From: Octopus sinensis
Lineage: Eukaryota
NCBI RefSeq assembly: GCF_006345805.1
Contig: NC_042997.1
Location: forward strand, 76,198,001 to 76,262,000
Length of the DNA stretch: 64,000 nucleotides
Reading direction: 5' to 3'
The notes under the pieces are model-generated. The model was not told the DNA's origin. It did no database searches and worked only from the letters and a program-made list of their open reading frames with translations. Made by a program: the position numbers and the translations under genes. Of this stretch, positions 37,100 to 50,918 are shown piece after piece. The first letter of the stretch is position 1. Each line of letters starts with the position of its first letter.

Positions 37100-38053
37100 C
37101 TAAAAAACAAAAAATTGAAATATATTAGAAAATATTTAAAATAACATCTCATATTTACTTTCATTCACACAACAATATGCCAAATGCTTAAATTATATTC
37201 CTGGTAAAATGAAATAAGTGAAATAAACATCAGCAATACTTTAACCCATGCAGGAGCTGCAGGGGTTACTCCAAAGTGTTGTAAACTCTTCTAAATTCAA
37301 TTTCATTCATTATTGTTTTATCTGTCTTCCTTATAGTAATTTTGATTTGTTAGTTGTTCCAATATTTTGTCTTAATAATAGTTTTTGCTCATAATAACTA
37401 TCGCCTCACCCTAATTGGCTTCTTTTAGGATGATTGAGTTGTTCTTCAGTGTTAGTATAGCCCCTTTTTCTTTACAAATGTTTTCTTTGCATTTATGTGT
37501 ACTGAGAGGGAATCTGAAAACTGAATCTAAATGCTTGTCATTCCCCCAGACTCATCATTTACATTCTTATTGCCTAAGAATTTTATAAGGCAGAAGTATT
37601 GATTCAAATGTTCAATGTCTACTTTTAGTTCTATGAGGTTAGAAGCAGGTGTAAGAGTAAATGTGAAGCCTTTCAGTAAAAGATCAATATATTTTTGTTG
37701 AAGTTTCTTTACAATAAATTTATAACTTTAGGCTTTACATGTTCAGTGGATTTATTTAAAATTTTGTTTAATCAGATCTGGGGCCAAGTTGTAGTACATT
37801 TTCCCAAAACAGGAATTGTAATATTGTGTTTTTGTTTCCTGTTTCTGGGGTCAGTTCTTGTTTGGGCTCTCACATTAACAAATTACTCTCATAAGGTATA
37901 TAAGTGAATTATTCTTAAATTAGGGATAGAGAAAGGAAGGGCATCCAGCTATAAAGCAATACCTCAATAATATATTTATCTAAACCATGCTAGCATGGAA
38001 AAACAAGTCTGAAAGTTTAACAGCAGGTAGGCAGGACGACACACACACACGCG

Positions 38054-38093
<40 letters not shown>

Positions 38094-38599
38094 ATGATCT
38101 GCAGCATTAACTTCAGAAAACCAACCAGTCACCTGATCACCTAGCAATCTAGTGATCACACGAAACAAAACTACATTCTCACCAGAAAGTGGAAAAAACA
38201 GATGATCATAAATGCAAAGTCCTACCCAACATAAGTTTGTTACTGTTAAAAACTTTAGACTTTGAGCTACTCCTAGAAGCAAACTAGTCTGGAAAAAAAA
38301 GATAGCAATACAGGGCCACATCAGCTTCATATGTGAAGAAGTGATAGGAGAAATAGTGTAAGAAGGAAGAAGGAAAGAGTAATAGAATGAGGAAAAGGGG
38401 GCAAAGTTGAAAGTGAGATGAAAGGACAAAATAAGGTGAGAGAGGAGTTGAAGGCTTAGATAGGGTTCAAGGAATTAAGAGGAGGTGTAGGAGTAGAAGG
38501 GTAAACATTCATTTAAGCCTATTGATGATATGGTGCCAAGTTCAAATATAAAACATTACTTCTATTTCTTTCAGAATGTGGATCTATGGTGCAGGGCAT

Positions 38600-39150
38600 C
38601 ACCACATACTATTGTATTCAAGTGAAAGGTTGGCCAAGAAGACATAGTAATATGCATTGAATATGCTTTTGAAAGCAATCAGCAGGGTATTGGTCTGTTT
38701 CCCCAATGTAAAAGATACTGCAAAGTTTGCATATGATGCAACATACAAGGTTATATGATGCGCAACAGAAGTTCTGAGTAACATGATGTATTTTTTTAGG
38801 CCTAGTGATGGCAGTAGTATTGTTAATGCAGGGGCAAGTATTGCATTGTAGGCAAACATATTTAAAGTACCTGGTTGTGTGGGGCTGGACATTCTGGAGC
38901 TTCTTACTAGAATTCTGAGGTTCTTATTTTTTAAAGGCAAGGAGGTGGTGTAGGAAAGTAGGGGTCAGAAACTAGAATACGAAAGTTGTTGATGAGTTTA
39001 ACTTTCAATGGATGGAAGGTAAGAGCAAAGGGAATATAGTCTGTACAAGTGCATAAGGATAGTAGGTGAGTGGTAGTGCATTTGACGCCTGTGTCCAGTG
39101 GTGTTCTGAGTCCAAAACTAAGTGAGTATATCCTTAATTTAGGAAGAATT
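38600..39150 (-). mobile_element. Penelope-like GIY-YIG fragment
   Basis: The minus strand reads QNFCCASYNLVCCIICKLCSIFYIGETDQ..FQKH, preceded by C..C.C. Confidence 0.7.
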
Positions 39151-39345
39151 GTTGCATTATTTGGCACTTCCTTGCCACTTTCTTTTCAGAATCACTAAGT
39201 GTAAGTGTATCATCATCCATCCGTACACATTTCTACGACATGACAATTTTTCTCTGGCACACTATCTTACAATCCAGAAACCTCATGCTTCTGATTTTTG
39301 CACTGCAGAATATTGGCAAACCTCTTCCTTTCAGCTTCTACCCAG

Positions 39346-39590
39346 CTAAATAGACCTGTTGACTAACTTGACTTCTAGTTCTCTGCTACCCCAACTCTTC
39401 TGGTCTTTCTTTGCTTTTATCACTTTGTATACTACACTGCACCACCACCATGTTACCCTTAGTCTGGTTGGAACTTTGTACAAGCCACAGATTTGGTCTG
39501 TAGCGCTCAGTAGGTTGTCCTGTAGGAACTTCCAGTTGCCTTTTATGTTATACATCTCTATTTCCTCCTCCTCCTAGTCAAATGCCTCCA
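39346..39590 (-). mobile_element. RTE fragment
   Basis: NWKFLQDNLLSATDQICG..TWWW. Confidence 0.8.
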
Positions 39591-39599
39591 TTGTTTTTC

Positions 39600-40692
39600 T
39601 TCACCTCTTAGACATTTATGGAACGTTTTCCGTTAAGGACATTTTACATTCAGGGGAACAGAAAAAAGTTGCAAGTAGCAAGATCAGGCAAATAGGAAAG
39701 GTAGGTAAGCAAGGTCAGGCCATTTTTGGTAAAAACTGTCTCAAACTCTAGACGGTGTGCGCAGGTGCATTGTCATGATGAAACCACCACTTTCCACTTA
39801 GCCACAAGTTGAGGTATTTTCATCTCACTGTCCCACAAACGCTTCAGAACTGCCAGGTAAAATGACTGGTTAGCAGTTTGATCAGGAGGAATAAATTTTG
39901 CGGACAATTCCTTTTGCATCGATGAAAGAAATCAGCAGCATCTTGACATTGGACTTCACTTGACGTACTTTTGGGGACGTGGTGACATTGACTGCTTCCA
40001 CTGATTTGATTGCTGCTTCGTTTCCAGGTCGTAGCCGTAACACCAGCTTTTGTTACCTGTGATGACCTTCAGAAAAAGATTTGGATCAACTTCCAACTGT
40101 TCTTTCATTTCACAACATGCATTCAGTCATGACTGCTTTTCATTTTCCATGAGCAAACGAGGCACAATTTTGCTGCAACTCTTTTCATTCACAATTCCTT
40201 GCTCAAACCTCACTGGCAGGACCTCTAGGACACACTAATCTTATCAACAAATTCGTCGATTGTTCACTGACGATCCTTAAAGATCAGTTCACTAATTTTT
40301 GTGATGTTTTCATCCTGAACAAGGTTGGTCTTCAAGTGACAAGTGACCATTTCTTAAGAGTCAAACCCACTTGTAAACTTGTGCTTTGCTCATGGCAGCA
40401 TCTCTATGAGCAGTTTGAAGCATAACTGTTTCAGTCGCTGTTTTCCCCAGCTGAAAACAGTATTTCATGGAAGCATGCTGTTCCTTCATTTCAGCCATCA
40501 CAAAAATCAACAAACAGGGAGAAGCACTGCAAATCAAAGATGTACCACATGGCAGTGCAACTCCACTCAACAATGATAGCTGGCAGATTGATGCCTGAGA
40601 GTCACATCAAGTGGCTTATAGCAGCAGAAACCTGAACTACAACAGGCTTGTCCCACAGAGAATGTTTCCAGTTGCTTTTAAGTACCCCCTCA
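39600..40692 (-). mobile_element. Degenerate mariner transposon
   Basis: KYCFQLGKTATET..MSKAQVYKW (HTH) and VITGNKSWCYGYD..ETKQQS; TIR-like TA|TGAGGGGGTACTTAAAAG. Confidence 0.8.
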
Positions 40693-40800
40693 TATAATAA
40701 CATATAAATATATACATAGAATCACACACATATAAATATATACATACATATACACACATATATACATATAAATATCACACACACACACACACATATAGAG

Positions 40801-43752
40801 CAGGTGTCGGCAACCTATGGCACACGTGCCATGTGTGGCACATGGACCAGTTCGCAATGGCACTCATGCCCCTTGGCAAAAAATTATGTAAATTTTTGTT
40901 TATAACTATATTTCAGGAAGCGACATCATAATTAAAGTACATCGTTACATGTCTTTTTTTATGATCCACCTATTTGAACCTAAACTATCTGAAGGTAGCT
41001 GTATTACATTTCCTTAAAAATATAGTACTACTGAACACAAATAATTTTGACAATACCAAATTATAAATGTTAGCACAATTAACTTTCTGTTTGTAAGCTG
41101 GCACTGAAAGTATGTACTTTATTACTTAAGCCAGGAGCTAGAGCTGCAAACACCTATTTTTTTAAATTTAGCAGTGCAGATCATATGTTAAAATTAGTTA
41201 ACCACCTTACAGTGGCCATTCTAAATAAAGACACTCTTAAAAATGGGCTCCTACTTTGCGGATCATCTATAAGTAGATTCTTTTAAAATTATCATCTCAT
41301 TTTGAGGCCAGTTTTATATTAAATGGAAAGAAAAAGCAGTAGTGAGAAGGGTTTTCAAAGACAAACAAACATGAAAAGTCAAAAATTATACTTATTTTCT
41401 TTGGTTTCAATTTCTTCTTTGAGAGTCAACTTGTCTGATATTTTTAGTGTATTTCTTTTTTTTTCTGTTTATTCTTACCATTTATTTTAATCTAATTATT
41501 TTTATTATTACGAAAATTTATTCATTAAATTTATTTCATTTTTAAAAAAATTTTTACTATTTATTTTATTCTAATTATTTTTATTTAGTAATTTTTATTT
41601 GTAGAATCTGGTTTAAGGGTTTATACACCTGTTAATATTAATTATCAATATATAGCGCCCCAAGATGAATAACAAAAGATAAAAACTTGACGTTTGTCCA
41701 TTTCAAGATTTCTGGAGAACAGAATATGGATTTGTACAACAAAATGATCATGCTGTGTGTGCATTCTGCTGTGAATCTGTCATATGTTGTACAAAGACAC
41801 TATCAAACTAGACACCAGACTACATTTAAAAACTCTGATGATGGGCTATTTCTTTACCCCCAACTTCTGCTAATAGCTGCTGCAGCCGCAAGTTATTCGA
41901 ATACTTTTTTTGTCTACACTTTCTTTATAACTACCACCCCAAACGTTTTACCTTAAATTTTTGACGTACCCTAAGGGTCCTCGGACGCTACTTGCAAACT
42001 CTTGGTTTATTATAAACCGCTTTTGTCGTGTGCACCAAAAAAACCATTTCCATTCGTTTGCTCAGTTTGGTCACTTTTGACTTTTTCGTTGTTGTCACTC
42101 ACATTGCTGCCCGCTTTTTTGCCATTTTTGTACATTTTTATACATTTTGGGATACTTACCCCACGTGTTCCGAGAGTTAAAAAGGTCGAGTTGCGTCCCC
42201 TAGACAGTCTGTAGAAAATGTGTTGCATATAAAAAGCTTAGATTCTCGACCCATGTCGAATTTATCGATTTTTTTTCAGAACTGGGGGAACTTTTCATAA
42301 TTTTCGCTGCGTTAGTTTTGAATTATGACATTGGGCTATGTGTGTGTCAAGTTTCATCAGAATCGGTTGAAAGCCGTGGTCAGGGTGAGGGTACAACCTG
42401 ACAGACACACAGACACAATGACAGACAAACTGCCGTTTATATAGAGAGAGATTATGTTGATTCCTCTTACCAATACAATTACAGGACAGGATGTTCTGAT
42501 TGCATTTGTAAATTATTTCAAAAATCAAGCCATTAATATAAATAAAATATTTTGTATTACTACCAATGGTGCACGTGCAATGGTTTGAAAAGAAAAAGGA
42601 TTTGTTAAACTTCTTTAAAATCATACTGAACACAATGTAATAAGTTTTAATTGCATTATACATCAGGAAAATTTAGTTGGAAAAATTTTGTCACAAAGCT
42701 TGAGTTCTGTCATAGAGACTGTTGTTAAAATAGTTAACTTTATAGATGCTCTTCGCTGACTCACAGACAATTTAATTTCCTTCTGCAAGAATTGCGCAGC
42801 AAATATGCAGACCTCCCACTGCACAGTAGTGTCCGTTAGCTTAATCGGGATAATGTTTTGAACAGATTTGTGTCATGCTTTGTTAAAATTAGATATTTTT
42901 TGACATGATATACTTAGCAACACTTACAAATACTTTCCAAATGTATAAGCTTATTCAAATTGATTTAATGTTAATAGAAATGAACTTCAAAAATATATTG
43001 CAATGTTGAAAGAAGAATTTTCCAAGCAAGGTAAAGATTTCGAAACTTACACTCCTATATTTTCTTTTCTCATCAAACCCGACTTGATTGATTTGGAAAC
43101 AAATCCATTTGATCAATCACTTTTTGAGTGGATGCACGTTGATAGTTTTGAAATGGAAATGATTGAATTAACAACTTCAGAATTGTGGAAAACAAAATTT
43201 GTGGAATTACAAAAAACTCTTGGAAGAAGCTGCTTGGAGAAGTCTGTTGCCATCTTCAATTGCTGGATGTCATTGTTTGAAAGATTTAATTCTTTGAAGA
43301 AAATCTCATATGCCTTTGGTTCAACATATACATGCAAACAAATTTTTTCACATATGAAATCTGTTTTGAGTCCACAAAGAAGTTGTCTGACAATTCAACA
43401 TTTGGAAGCTTGCATAAAACTAAAAGTCACAAATTATGCACCTGATATTGAGAAATTAATCAAAAATGTACAGGGACAAGGTTCTCATTAATTTATAGAA
43501 ATCTAACATAACTAATGTTTATAACTTGTTTATAATATTGTTCTCTAGTTTATAATTTGAAAAATTTTTTTTAATTTTTTAAATAAAATTATATTTGTTT
43601 CCATGCAATTTGAATTATTAAAGGATTAATAAAATAGATTTCTGTTATAGCAAGTTTCAAAAGCATAAACTCTACTAATAAAAGTAGTAATATGAGGTTG
43701 ACACGTGCAATGCTTTTGGAAGCTATGTTTGGCATTCCATTGCCAATGTCTG
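40801..43752 (+). mobile_element. hAT (Charlie/SPIN-like) DNA transposon with 8-bp TSD ATATAGAG
   Basis: ATATAGAG|CAGGTGTCGGCAA ... TTGCCAATGTCTG|ATATAGAG. Transposase remnants CIIHQE and FGSTYTCKQIFSHMK..RSCLT (43003-43491). Confidence 0.88.
41850..42452 (-). mobile_element. Non-autonomous Helitron-like element nested in the hAT
   Basis: The minus strand starts ATCTCTCTATATAAACGGC, followed by TGTCTG repeats and AACCGATTCTGATGAAACTTG. Confidence 0.55.
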
Positions 43753-43788
43753 ATATAGAGGAATAAGACTCTAAATGCTATCCATTAA

Positions 43789-44842
43789 CCCTTTCGTTAC
43801 TATATTTCTGACCAATGTGTTTCAATTAATTTCTAACATAATCATAAATTTAGTCTGGTTTCATTAAACAACTATAACTTTTTTATTTATCAATATCTTA
43901 ATCTGATTTTTGGAAGATAATTTAATGAAAGGTTCTCAACCAATTCTATACTATAATTTTTGTCACAAAGTGACTCTAATTGCAGATAGATAAAGGTAAA
44001 TTCAACAAAATATAAAATTATTGTTCAAATATCGCTATAGAGAATGGGTTATTAGCTAATATTCAATTGGGTATACAACAAAATTTTACTATAGAATTTG
44101 TTATTCTGGATAACTTTCTGATACCCATAATAATATTTATGGCAAAATAGGCCTTAATTTCATTTAAGGTTGTGGGAAACCACAAACTATCCTTTCTTTC
44201 ACTTTGTTTACATTTAGCGTAACGGTTCGATTCCGCCGTAATGATTTCAAATAGGCTCATTCGAAAAAGTAAAAAGAAATAGTCTAAGGCTTTACTCTCC
44301 TGGGAAAGATTGTGGCTTGGTCCAGTTTCTTCAGAAAAATCACTGAAAGAAACAGTTTTTAAATTTTCACTCCATTCAGGTGCCAATTCATTTTCTTTAT
44401 TGCTGTCGGAGCTCTCGGATTCACTGCTTTCACTTTTGGAAAATGAAACATCGGATTCATTATCAAATACCACGTGCTTTTTTTTTTCAGTCATAGAGTT
44501 AGATTTATCAAGGTCTTCAGTAGAAAATCCTTCGAATTCTGACTCGCTGCTTGATAGAATGAAATTCGTATCCATTTTTTGTCAGAATTACAAATTTTTA
44601 AAACAATAGGAACAAATTTGGAAAAAAATCTCCCAAAATTCACGGAATTAAAATTACACATTGATCGTCGTACAAAACTGTAGATGAACTGTTTATGAAG
44701 TATAATCACGTGTTTTCACAAATGTACTAACAAGATTTGCTCTGATATTCTCATTTAAATATGAATAGGTAATTATGGGCAGTTTTGGGCAGCTTGGTCA
44801 CATGAACCAAAATTTTTTTCGGGCAGTTTGGTAACGAAAGGG
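43789..44842 (-). mobile_element. Internally deleted piggyBac element with TTAA TSD
   Basis: TTAA|CCCTTTCGTTAC ... GTAACGAAAGGG|TTAA. ORF 44063-44575 is the acidic N-terminus plus LDYFFLLF..ESNRYA..WFPTTLNEIKAYFAINIIMGI. Confidence 0.92.
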
Positions 44843-45239
44843 TTAACATACAAATTAATTAGTCAACATTTATATATTAAGCTCATGTGGTAGTGACACA
44901 AGATCACATAAAAGCTTCTCACCAGTGACTATGTCATATGCTAATTAGAAAAGAGATGGAAAAAGTGATATAATTGTTTACATAAAAGGGTTATAGATGA
45001 TTATTGTTTATTATACTGTAGAAGAATAATGTTATCAATTAGCACTAGCTCCTGCCCATGGAGTATGTTAAAACTTTTCCTTATGTTAAAAAGGTGTGGT
45101 GGGTACATACAATAATGAGGTGTGGAGTAAATAAAATAGATGACAGCTGCTACATGAATTTTGATTCTCTTAAGAATGAGCTCAAGTAAACATTCTACAA
45201 GATTCACAAGAAAAAAAAGAGACATGTGTTACTGATGTT

Positions 45240-46170
45240 TTTTATAGCCTGTTCAACAGTAGCATGTATCTTTTAATAAACAAACTTTCTTTATTAATAC
45301 TTGTTTGGTCTGGAGTACTGTATGCACAATGATAGAGTGGGAAAACAAGAAATTTGAGAGTTTTAATTTTCATGCATGTATCCAGATATTCAATAAGTGA
45401 AATTTGTCTTGTTTTGGGATCGTGTATTTGTTGATGGTGAATGTTTAATCTCATTCTTAAATTGAGTTTAGTCTGTCCGATATAGTCTTCCCTGCATCCA
45501 TTGCATATATTAAATATTTTGAAGAACAAGTAAAATGGTTGATTTAAATTTCTAAGTTGTGTCCTCAATAAGGTTCTCATGAGTTCTACAACTGGATCAG
45601 TCAGACTTTTTAACTTTTGGAGTTGAGTCTGTAGTTGGTAGTTTCACATTTGTAAGCACTATTTTTAGGGTTTTGGTTGATTTTTGCATTTGATTATTTT
45701 CAATGATTCAAGTACCTTTTACATTTTGGGGTCTTAGCTCAATAACAGTATATTCTGATGGATAATGTTGAATGTTTCTATGTTTCTTGGGTTGAGTGTT
45801 GTATTTAAAGATAGAGTTTATCTGAACTGCTTTTGGCTTTTTGTAATTCTTCAATGTCTATTGTTTTGGTGCATTTTATTTCATTCTTTTTTAGAGTAGA
45901 TGGGTACTTTCTTTCAGGTAGTGCCTGTTTTAATTCAAGGAGTCTTTTATTCTGAGCATCCAGATTGAAGGAAATTATTTGGATTCTTCTAGCTAGGTTA
46001 AATGGAATACTAGATCTGGGTATGTTTTGGGCAGCATGAAGAAAATAGTAGATACTATTTACAGTCTATTGGTTTGTAGTAGAGATCAGTTTCTATGTTT
46101 GTGTCATTCTTAATAATCAAAATGTCTAAGAAGGATAGTTGGTTATGGTTAAATTTCTTTATGTTCATTT
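45240..46170 (-). mobile_element. Penelope-like element 3' half (RT thumb + GIY-YIG)
   Basis: CNGCREDYIGQTKLNLRMRLNIH..KESLFIKRY..LN; upstream LSFLDILI..TDLYYKP and IPFNLARRI. Confidence 0.8.
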
Positions 46171-46444
46171 TCCTCTATTTTAATTTCATTATTGTGAATA
46201 CCATTTTCTGTATAGTCCTTATTATTAGAATTTATGTTTGGTTCATAGTACTTCAATTTTTGTTTGTATCTTTCTTCATGCCTATAGTTCCTATCATTAG
46301 AGTTATCCTTTGGTCCATAGTATTTTAATCTTTGCTTATATTCTGCCTCATTCAGTGCTATGTTATAACAGTCTACATTCTGTTTTAAAATTTCCTCATT
46401 TGCTGATTCGCGGTTGCTCTCGTCTAAACTTGCTGGTTTGAGGT

Positions 46445-48192
46445 ACGCCCCCACCCCCACTCCCTCCACCTTTACCGGAAGTTCCTATCCTCTGTCATCC
46501 TTGGTTGTCTCCCGCGAACACTTCTAAGGGTCTAATGCCATCCCCACCCCGACCTAGGGTTTGTTGAGCATATAGCGCATAAAAATAGTGCAGTGTATGC
46601 AGGTTGTAGTCTAGTGTTTGTTTATGAATTCTGCCAAATGCAAGCTTTCTTTTCAGGTACATGAGACCGCTGTCCCTAATTCCAAGGTCTCACAGGCCCA
46701 CACCTCCCACACCCTCAGAGTTGGCACACTGAAAGGTAGGTCTGGTAAGAGTGTTGAGATGCTTGAATGGAGATGTATAGATTTGTGCTGCATCTAAGAA
46801 GGTGGAGAGGACGTTTCGCTACGTTCGTGCAAAGAACACAGGTACAAGATTTTCTGGACAGGGAACACGGTCAGGGTCAGGGGCGTGTGTATACTTCTTG
46901 CGGAGAAATGGATTGATAAGGTAATCAAGGTAGTCAGAGTATGTGACAGAGTACTTAATATTAGATTAGTGCTTCACCACAGGGTAGCTACCATTATCTC
47001 GGCCTATGCCCTTCAACCAGGGTTACTGCATGGGCAGAAAGACCGATTTTATGACACCCTACTGCAGACTACCTCATGGACAAATGAAAGGGACCTTCTC
47101 TTTGTGACTGGTGATTTCAATGGACATGTTGGACAACATGCAGGGGGCTTCCATGACGCACATGGAGGCTATGGTTTTGGTTCCCGCAATGAGGAGGGAA
47201 CCAGACTGCTGGAGTTCTGCGATGCAAACGATCTTATGGTTTGCAATACCAACTTCGGGAAACCTACCTGTCACCTACCATTCTAGCTGACATACCAGCC
47301 AAATTGACTACATCCTCGCCAGAAAAAGGGAAAGAGGGCTGCTTATAAATGCCAAAACTTTCCCAGGCGAAGAATGTACACCGCAACATAGATTAGTTAG
47401 TGACTTTGGGATCAGGGCTAAATGGATGAGAAGGGTCTGGAAGCTTAAAGATCCTGCAAATGGACAGTGATGAATTATTTGAAGCCATCGATGAAATACA
47501 CGGGGATATAGCATCATATAATGTGGAAGACAACTGGAGGTTTCTATTGGACAACCTGCTGAGAACCACTGACAAGATTTGTGAATGGTGCAAAGTCCCC
47601 TCTCGACCCAAAATAGCGTGGTGTGGAACAATGTGGTTGACAGGGCTTTTAGACAAGAGACAGGCTTGGAACGACTGGAAGAACAGTGGTAGCAGGGAAT
47701 TGTATCAGACTGCCAGAAAGGAAGCTAAGAGACAGGTATATTTAGCCAGAGGGGAACCAAATAAGAAAAAATTTTCAAATGTTCTGCGCCGTGAGGACCA
47801 AAGACTCACAGTATTTTGTGTTACAAGACAGTGTGTAAGAAAGAATAGTGATGTCGTAGGTGAGAAATGTGTCCGCATGGATGATGGTTCACGTGCACTA
47901 AAGGAGGTTGCAAAGAGAGAGGTTTGGAGACGCCACTATGAAAGCCTGCTCAATAAAGAGAATAAATGGGAGAAACAGAGTCTGCCGAAAGTCGACGCAA
48001 CAGAGGGACCAGCTATCCAAATTGACAGTAACTTGGTAGATAAAGTAATCAAGAGTATGAGGACAGGGAAAGCGCTCGGCCCATCAGGAATCACTGCAGA
48101 AATGCTCAAAATATCTGGCAGTGCCGGCTATAGCCTAGTCACCTGCATAGTTAACCAGGTGATACCGAAGGAGTTATACCCAATGACTAGTG
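46445..48192 (+). mobile_element. RTE LINE 5' half running into the gap
   Basis: Endonuclease (46885-47286) and linker/RT start (47460-48192). Confidence 0.9.
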
Positions 48193-48292
48193 NNNNNNNN
48201 NNNNNNNNNNNNNNNNNNNNNNNNNNNNNNNNNNNNNNNNNNNNNNNNNNNNNNNNNNNNNNNNNNNNNNNNNNNNNNNNNNNNNNNNNNNN
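48193..48292. other. Assembly gap (100 N, probably a placeholder of unknown size)
   Basis: Run of exactly 100 N. Confidence 0.99.
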
Positions 48293-48999
48293 TATATATA
48301 TATATATATATATAAATGTGTGTGTGTATGTATATATACACGCACGAACACAGATATCGCTACAGGAAGCGGTTTGGTGTATTCGAAAGATGTATGTAGA
48401 TACATGAAAAAAATTATATTCTCTGAAGAAAAATTAATAACTATTGCTGAATATATTTTCTTGTTTTACTTCTGCAAATGTTTATATCATTTCGATGTAG
48501 TACTGGCGACATCAACAAAATAAAGCAAGTAAAAGAATTCTTTTTAATTGAATGTAATTAGTTTTTGATTGATCTGTGAAGGCGAGATATCGATAGCAGA
48601 GACATTGTCGCATCCCAGCAATCAATGATGCCAACATCAGATACAGCGGTATCAGTTGCAATTTAATCATTATTCCCATGTTCTATAGTACTGATTAAAA
48701 TATTCCACAAATAACAACAAATGATAGATATAATGTTATTTTTCACATTAATATTAATAACAAATGCCTAAGCGTAGGAGAAGCAATAATCTGAGAATTG
48801 TTCTGCCAGATTTCTGTGAGCAATCTCCCTTCGTCATACGTTATGTTTACAAGTGATATTGATAGATGGTTCTGGTGATAGATTTAGATTAGAACTACGT
48901 CCCTATAACTAGTCTTGAAAGCATGAGATAAATGAAAAAATATCAAAACTAAACAAAAATAAGTCACACCTAAAAGACAAATTTAATAAAAGTACTCAC

Positions 49000-49240
49000 C
49001 ATCTATAAGCCATTCGCAGTGTGTTTCCATGGGGTAATTACCAGGCCCATCAGTGATAATACCATAAGAAGCATTAAGTACTTTCCTACCACTACATTGT
49101 CTATAGTGATGAACAGGAAAGACTGGGCAAGTGAAAACTGATATTACCAATCCTATACCCCAGCACAAAACTGTCCAGAAACTTGGTGTGTGAGAACGTG
49201 TTGATATAGTAGCTTTCGCTTCCATCTCCAAGGTCGCCAT
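49000..49240 (-). CDS. MEGF8: First coding exon of a MEGF8-like gene (signal peptide + start of CUB domain)
   Basis: A hydrophobic leader is followed by CSGRKVLNASYGIITDGPGNYPMETHCEWLID, similar to human CKGQRQVLREAPGFVTDGAGNYSVNGNCEWLIE (recalled). Phase-1 donor G|GTGAGT at 49000/48999. A CUB directly after the leader favours MEGF8 over attractin. Confidence 0.8.
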
Positions 49241-49859
49241 CTCATTTCAAGTCTCTTGTTGAGGGACAACTTCAATAAAATAAACGTAACCTGTGTCCGC
49301 AGGCAACCAGTTTAATAGATTGCCCATAAATTTAGATATTTAAAGTATCCAGAAAACATTAGAAGCATGAATAACGACAAAATTTTACGATGGCTTTCAT
49401 GTATCAGAGTTAATATCCATCGCTGACATTGTCACTGACAAGTAGGTATAACTAAAACTGGGACTTTTCGGAACGAAAAACGAAATTTCATTTCGCTCTA
49501 AGAAAAATGAAATCCTTTTTCATCTTCTTTTTATCTTTTCGCTTTTCTGGCTTCTTAAGACACAACACTCAATGTTTCGGGGTATTTGAATCAAAATCAG
49601 TTTTTGGAATTCATTATTTGTAATTTTAAATTAATTTTATAATTTTCATTTTACTATTATCGTCTAAACTTCAATAAACCGTAGAGAAATAAAACAGCAA
49701 GCAATTCCCCATTTAATACAAGGATTATAATATATAATATTATTTACATAGTAGATGTAAGAATTTTATACGATACAACAATTTGGAAAAAAATTACCGA
49801 AGATGACAAGAAGGATAAGAAGAAAAAAAATATGAAAGGGGAGAATAAGAAAACCATAG

Positions 49860-50210
49860 AGAAAGTGGGTTGGGTACTGGTGTACACACTGAAGACTAAC
49901 TCGCAACGTAACCAGAGCGCATTGTAGATGCGACTGAAATCATAACACAAGGAAAACGAGTTTTTAGGGAGTAAAACCCAGATCAGCTCTGGTCGACTAT
50001 ACCTATGGCACGAAAGTAATCAACCCAACAATTAGGGGCAACCAACAGATCAGTTATAGATATATTATGCCTCTGTGTAGCCGAAGACAATGCTGCACAC
50101 TCCAATATGCAGTGATGAATCGAACTAGGTGCAGCATAACAATTTGGACATGTGTTATAATTTCCATTGGCCAATCTATTGCTGCGCGTATATTTTTGTG
50201 TAGTCCCCCG
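49860..50210 (-). mobile_element. 3' remnant of a non-LTR retrotransposon (C-terminal CCHC)
   Basis: CPNCYAAPSSIHHCILEC followed by ..DYFRAIG*, typical of LINE ORF2 C-termini. Confidence 0.5.
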
Positions 50211-50918
50211 TCGGCTCTGATCGAGTAGGCCTATGATCATTGATATTCCAATAGTGACCATTCCACCCATCTTTTCAGGAATAGTGCTCTCCATCCTACA
50301 TTAGCTGATGTGTTGTATTTAAGGCGGGAGGGTGTGATTTGGAGTAATTTATTTGTTATATTGACTAGGTCGAATGACCTCGTAGTAACTTGTTCGTTAA
50401 TTAATTGTTGTTAGAGGTGGCAGTGTTACTGTTGTTGCTCTAATTACTCAAGGTAGATAAAATAAGTACCTGGAAAGAATTTAACTCCTCAAAATGAGTT
50501 GAATAATGTACTTGGTGAGAGTAGCTCATTTTGTGTGACATGAATCTACTCTGATTTTTCGACTGTAGATTCAGTACCAGGAAAACGCACTTGTGTTGGG
50601 TTAAAGGGAAATTGGAGTATTTACCAGGTTTCCATGGTTCGAACAACCAAGACTTAAGTGAATTTCACCACCACAACCATCGTCATTGCTCTAAGCGCTT
50701 CCGTTTAAAATAGAAAGAAAAACATTAACAACAGAACAAAGAACCTAATAGACACACTTATACACATATACTTACTGTTTAACTAAATTAAACAAATAAT
50801 CGATTTGTTACTTGGCTATTTAACCAATTGAAGGAGCGGAATTGAATCAGTGTGTGTTAATAATTGGCATAATAACTCTTCCTAGACACAACAAAATACA
50901 TATATAATAATATATATA

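Noticed and set aside
44063-44575. Domesticated PGBD gene
   Set aside because: It still has TIRs and TTAA TSDs and lacks the catalytic DDD region, so it is a deletion derivative.
48983-49240. Attractin assignment, or a stand-alone 85-aa protein
   Set aside because: Attractin has an EGF repeat before the CUB domain, and the ORF tail GEYFY* is read-through of a GTGAGT donor.
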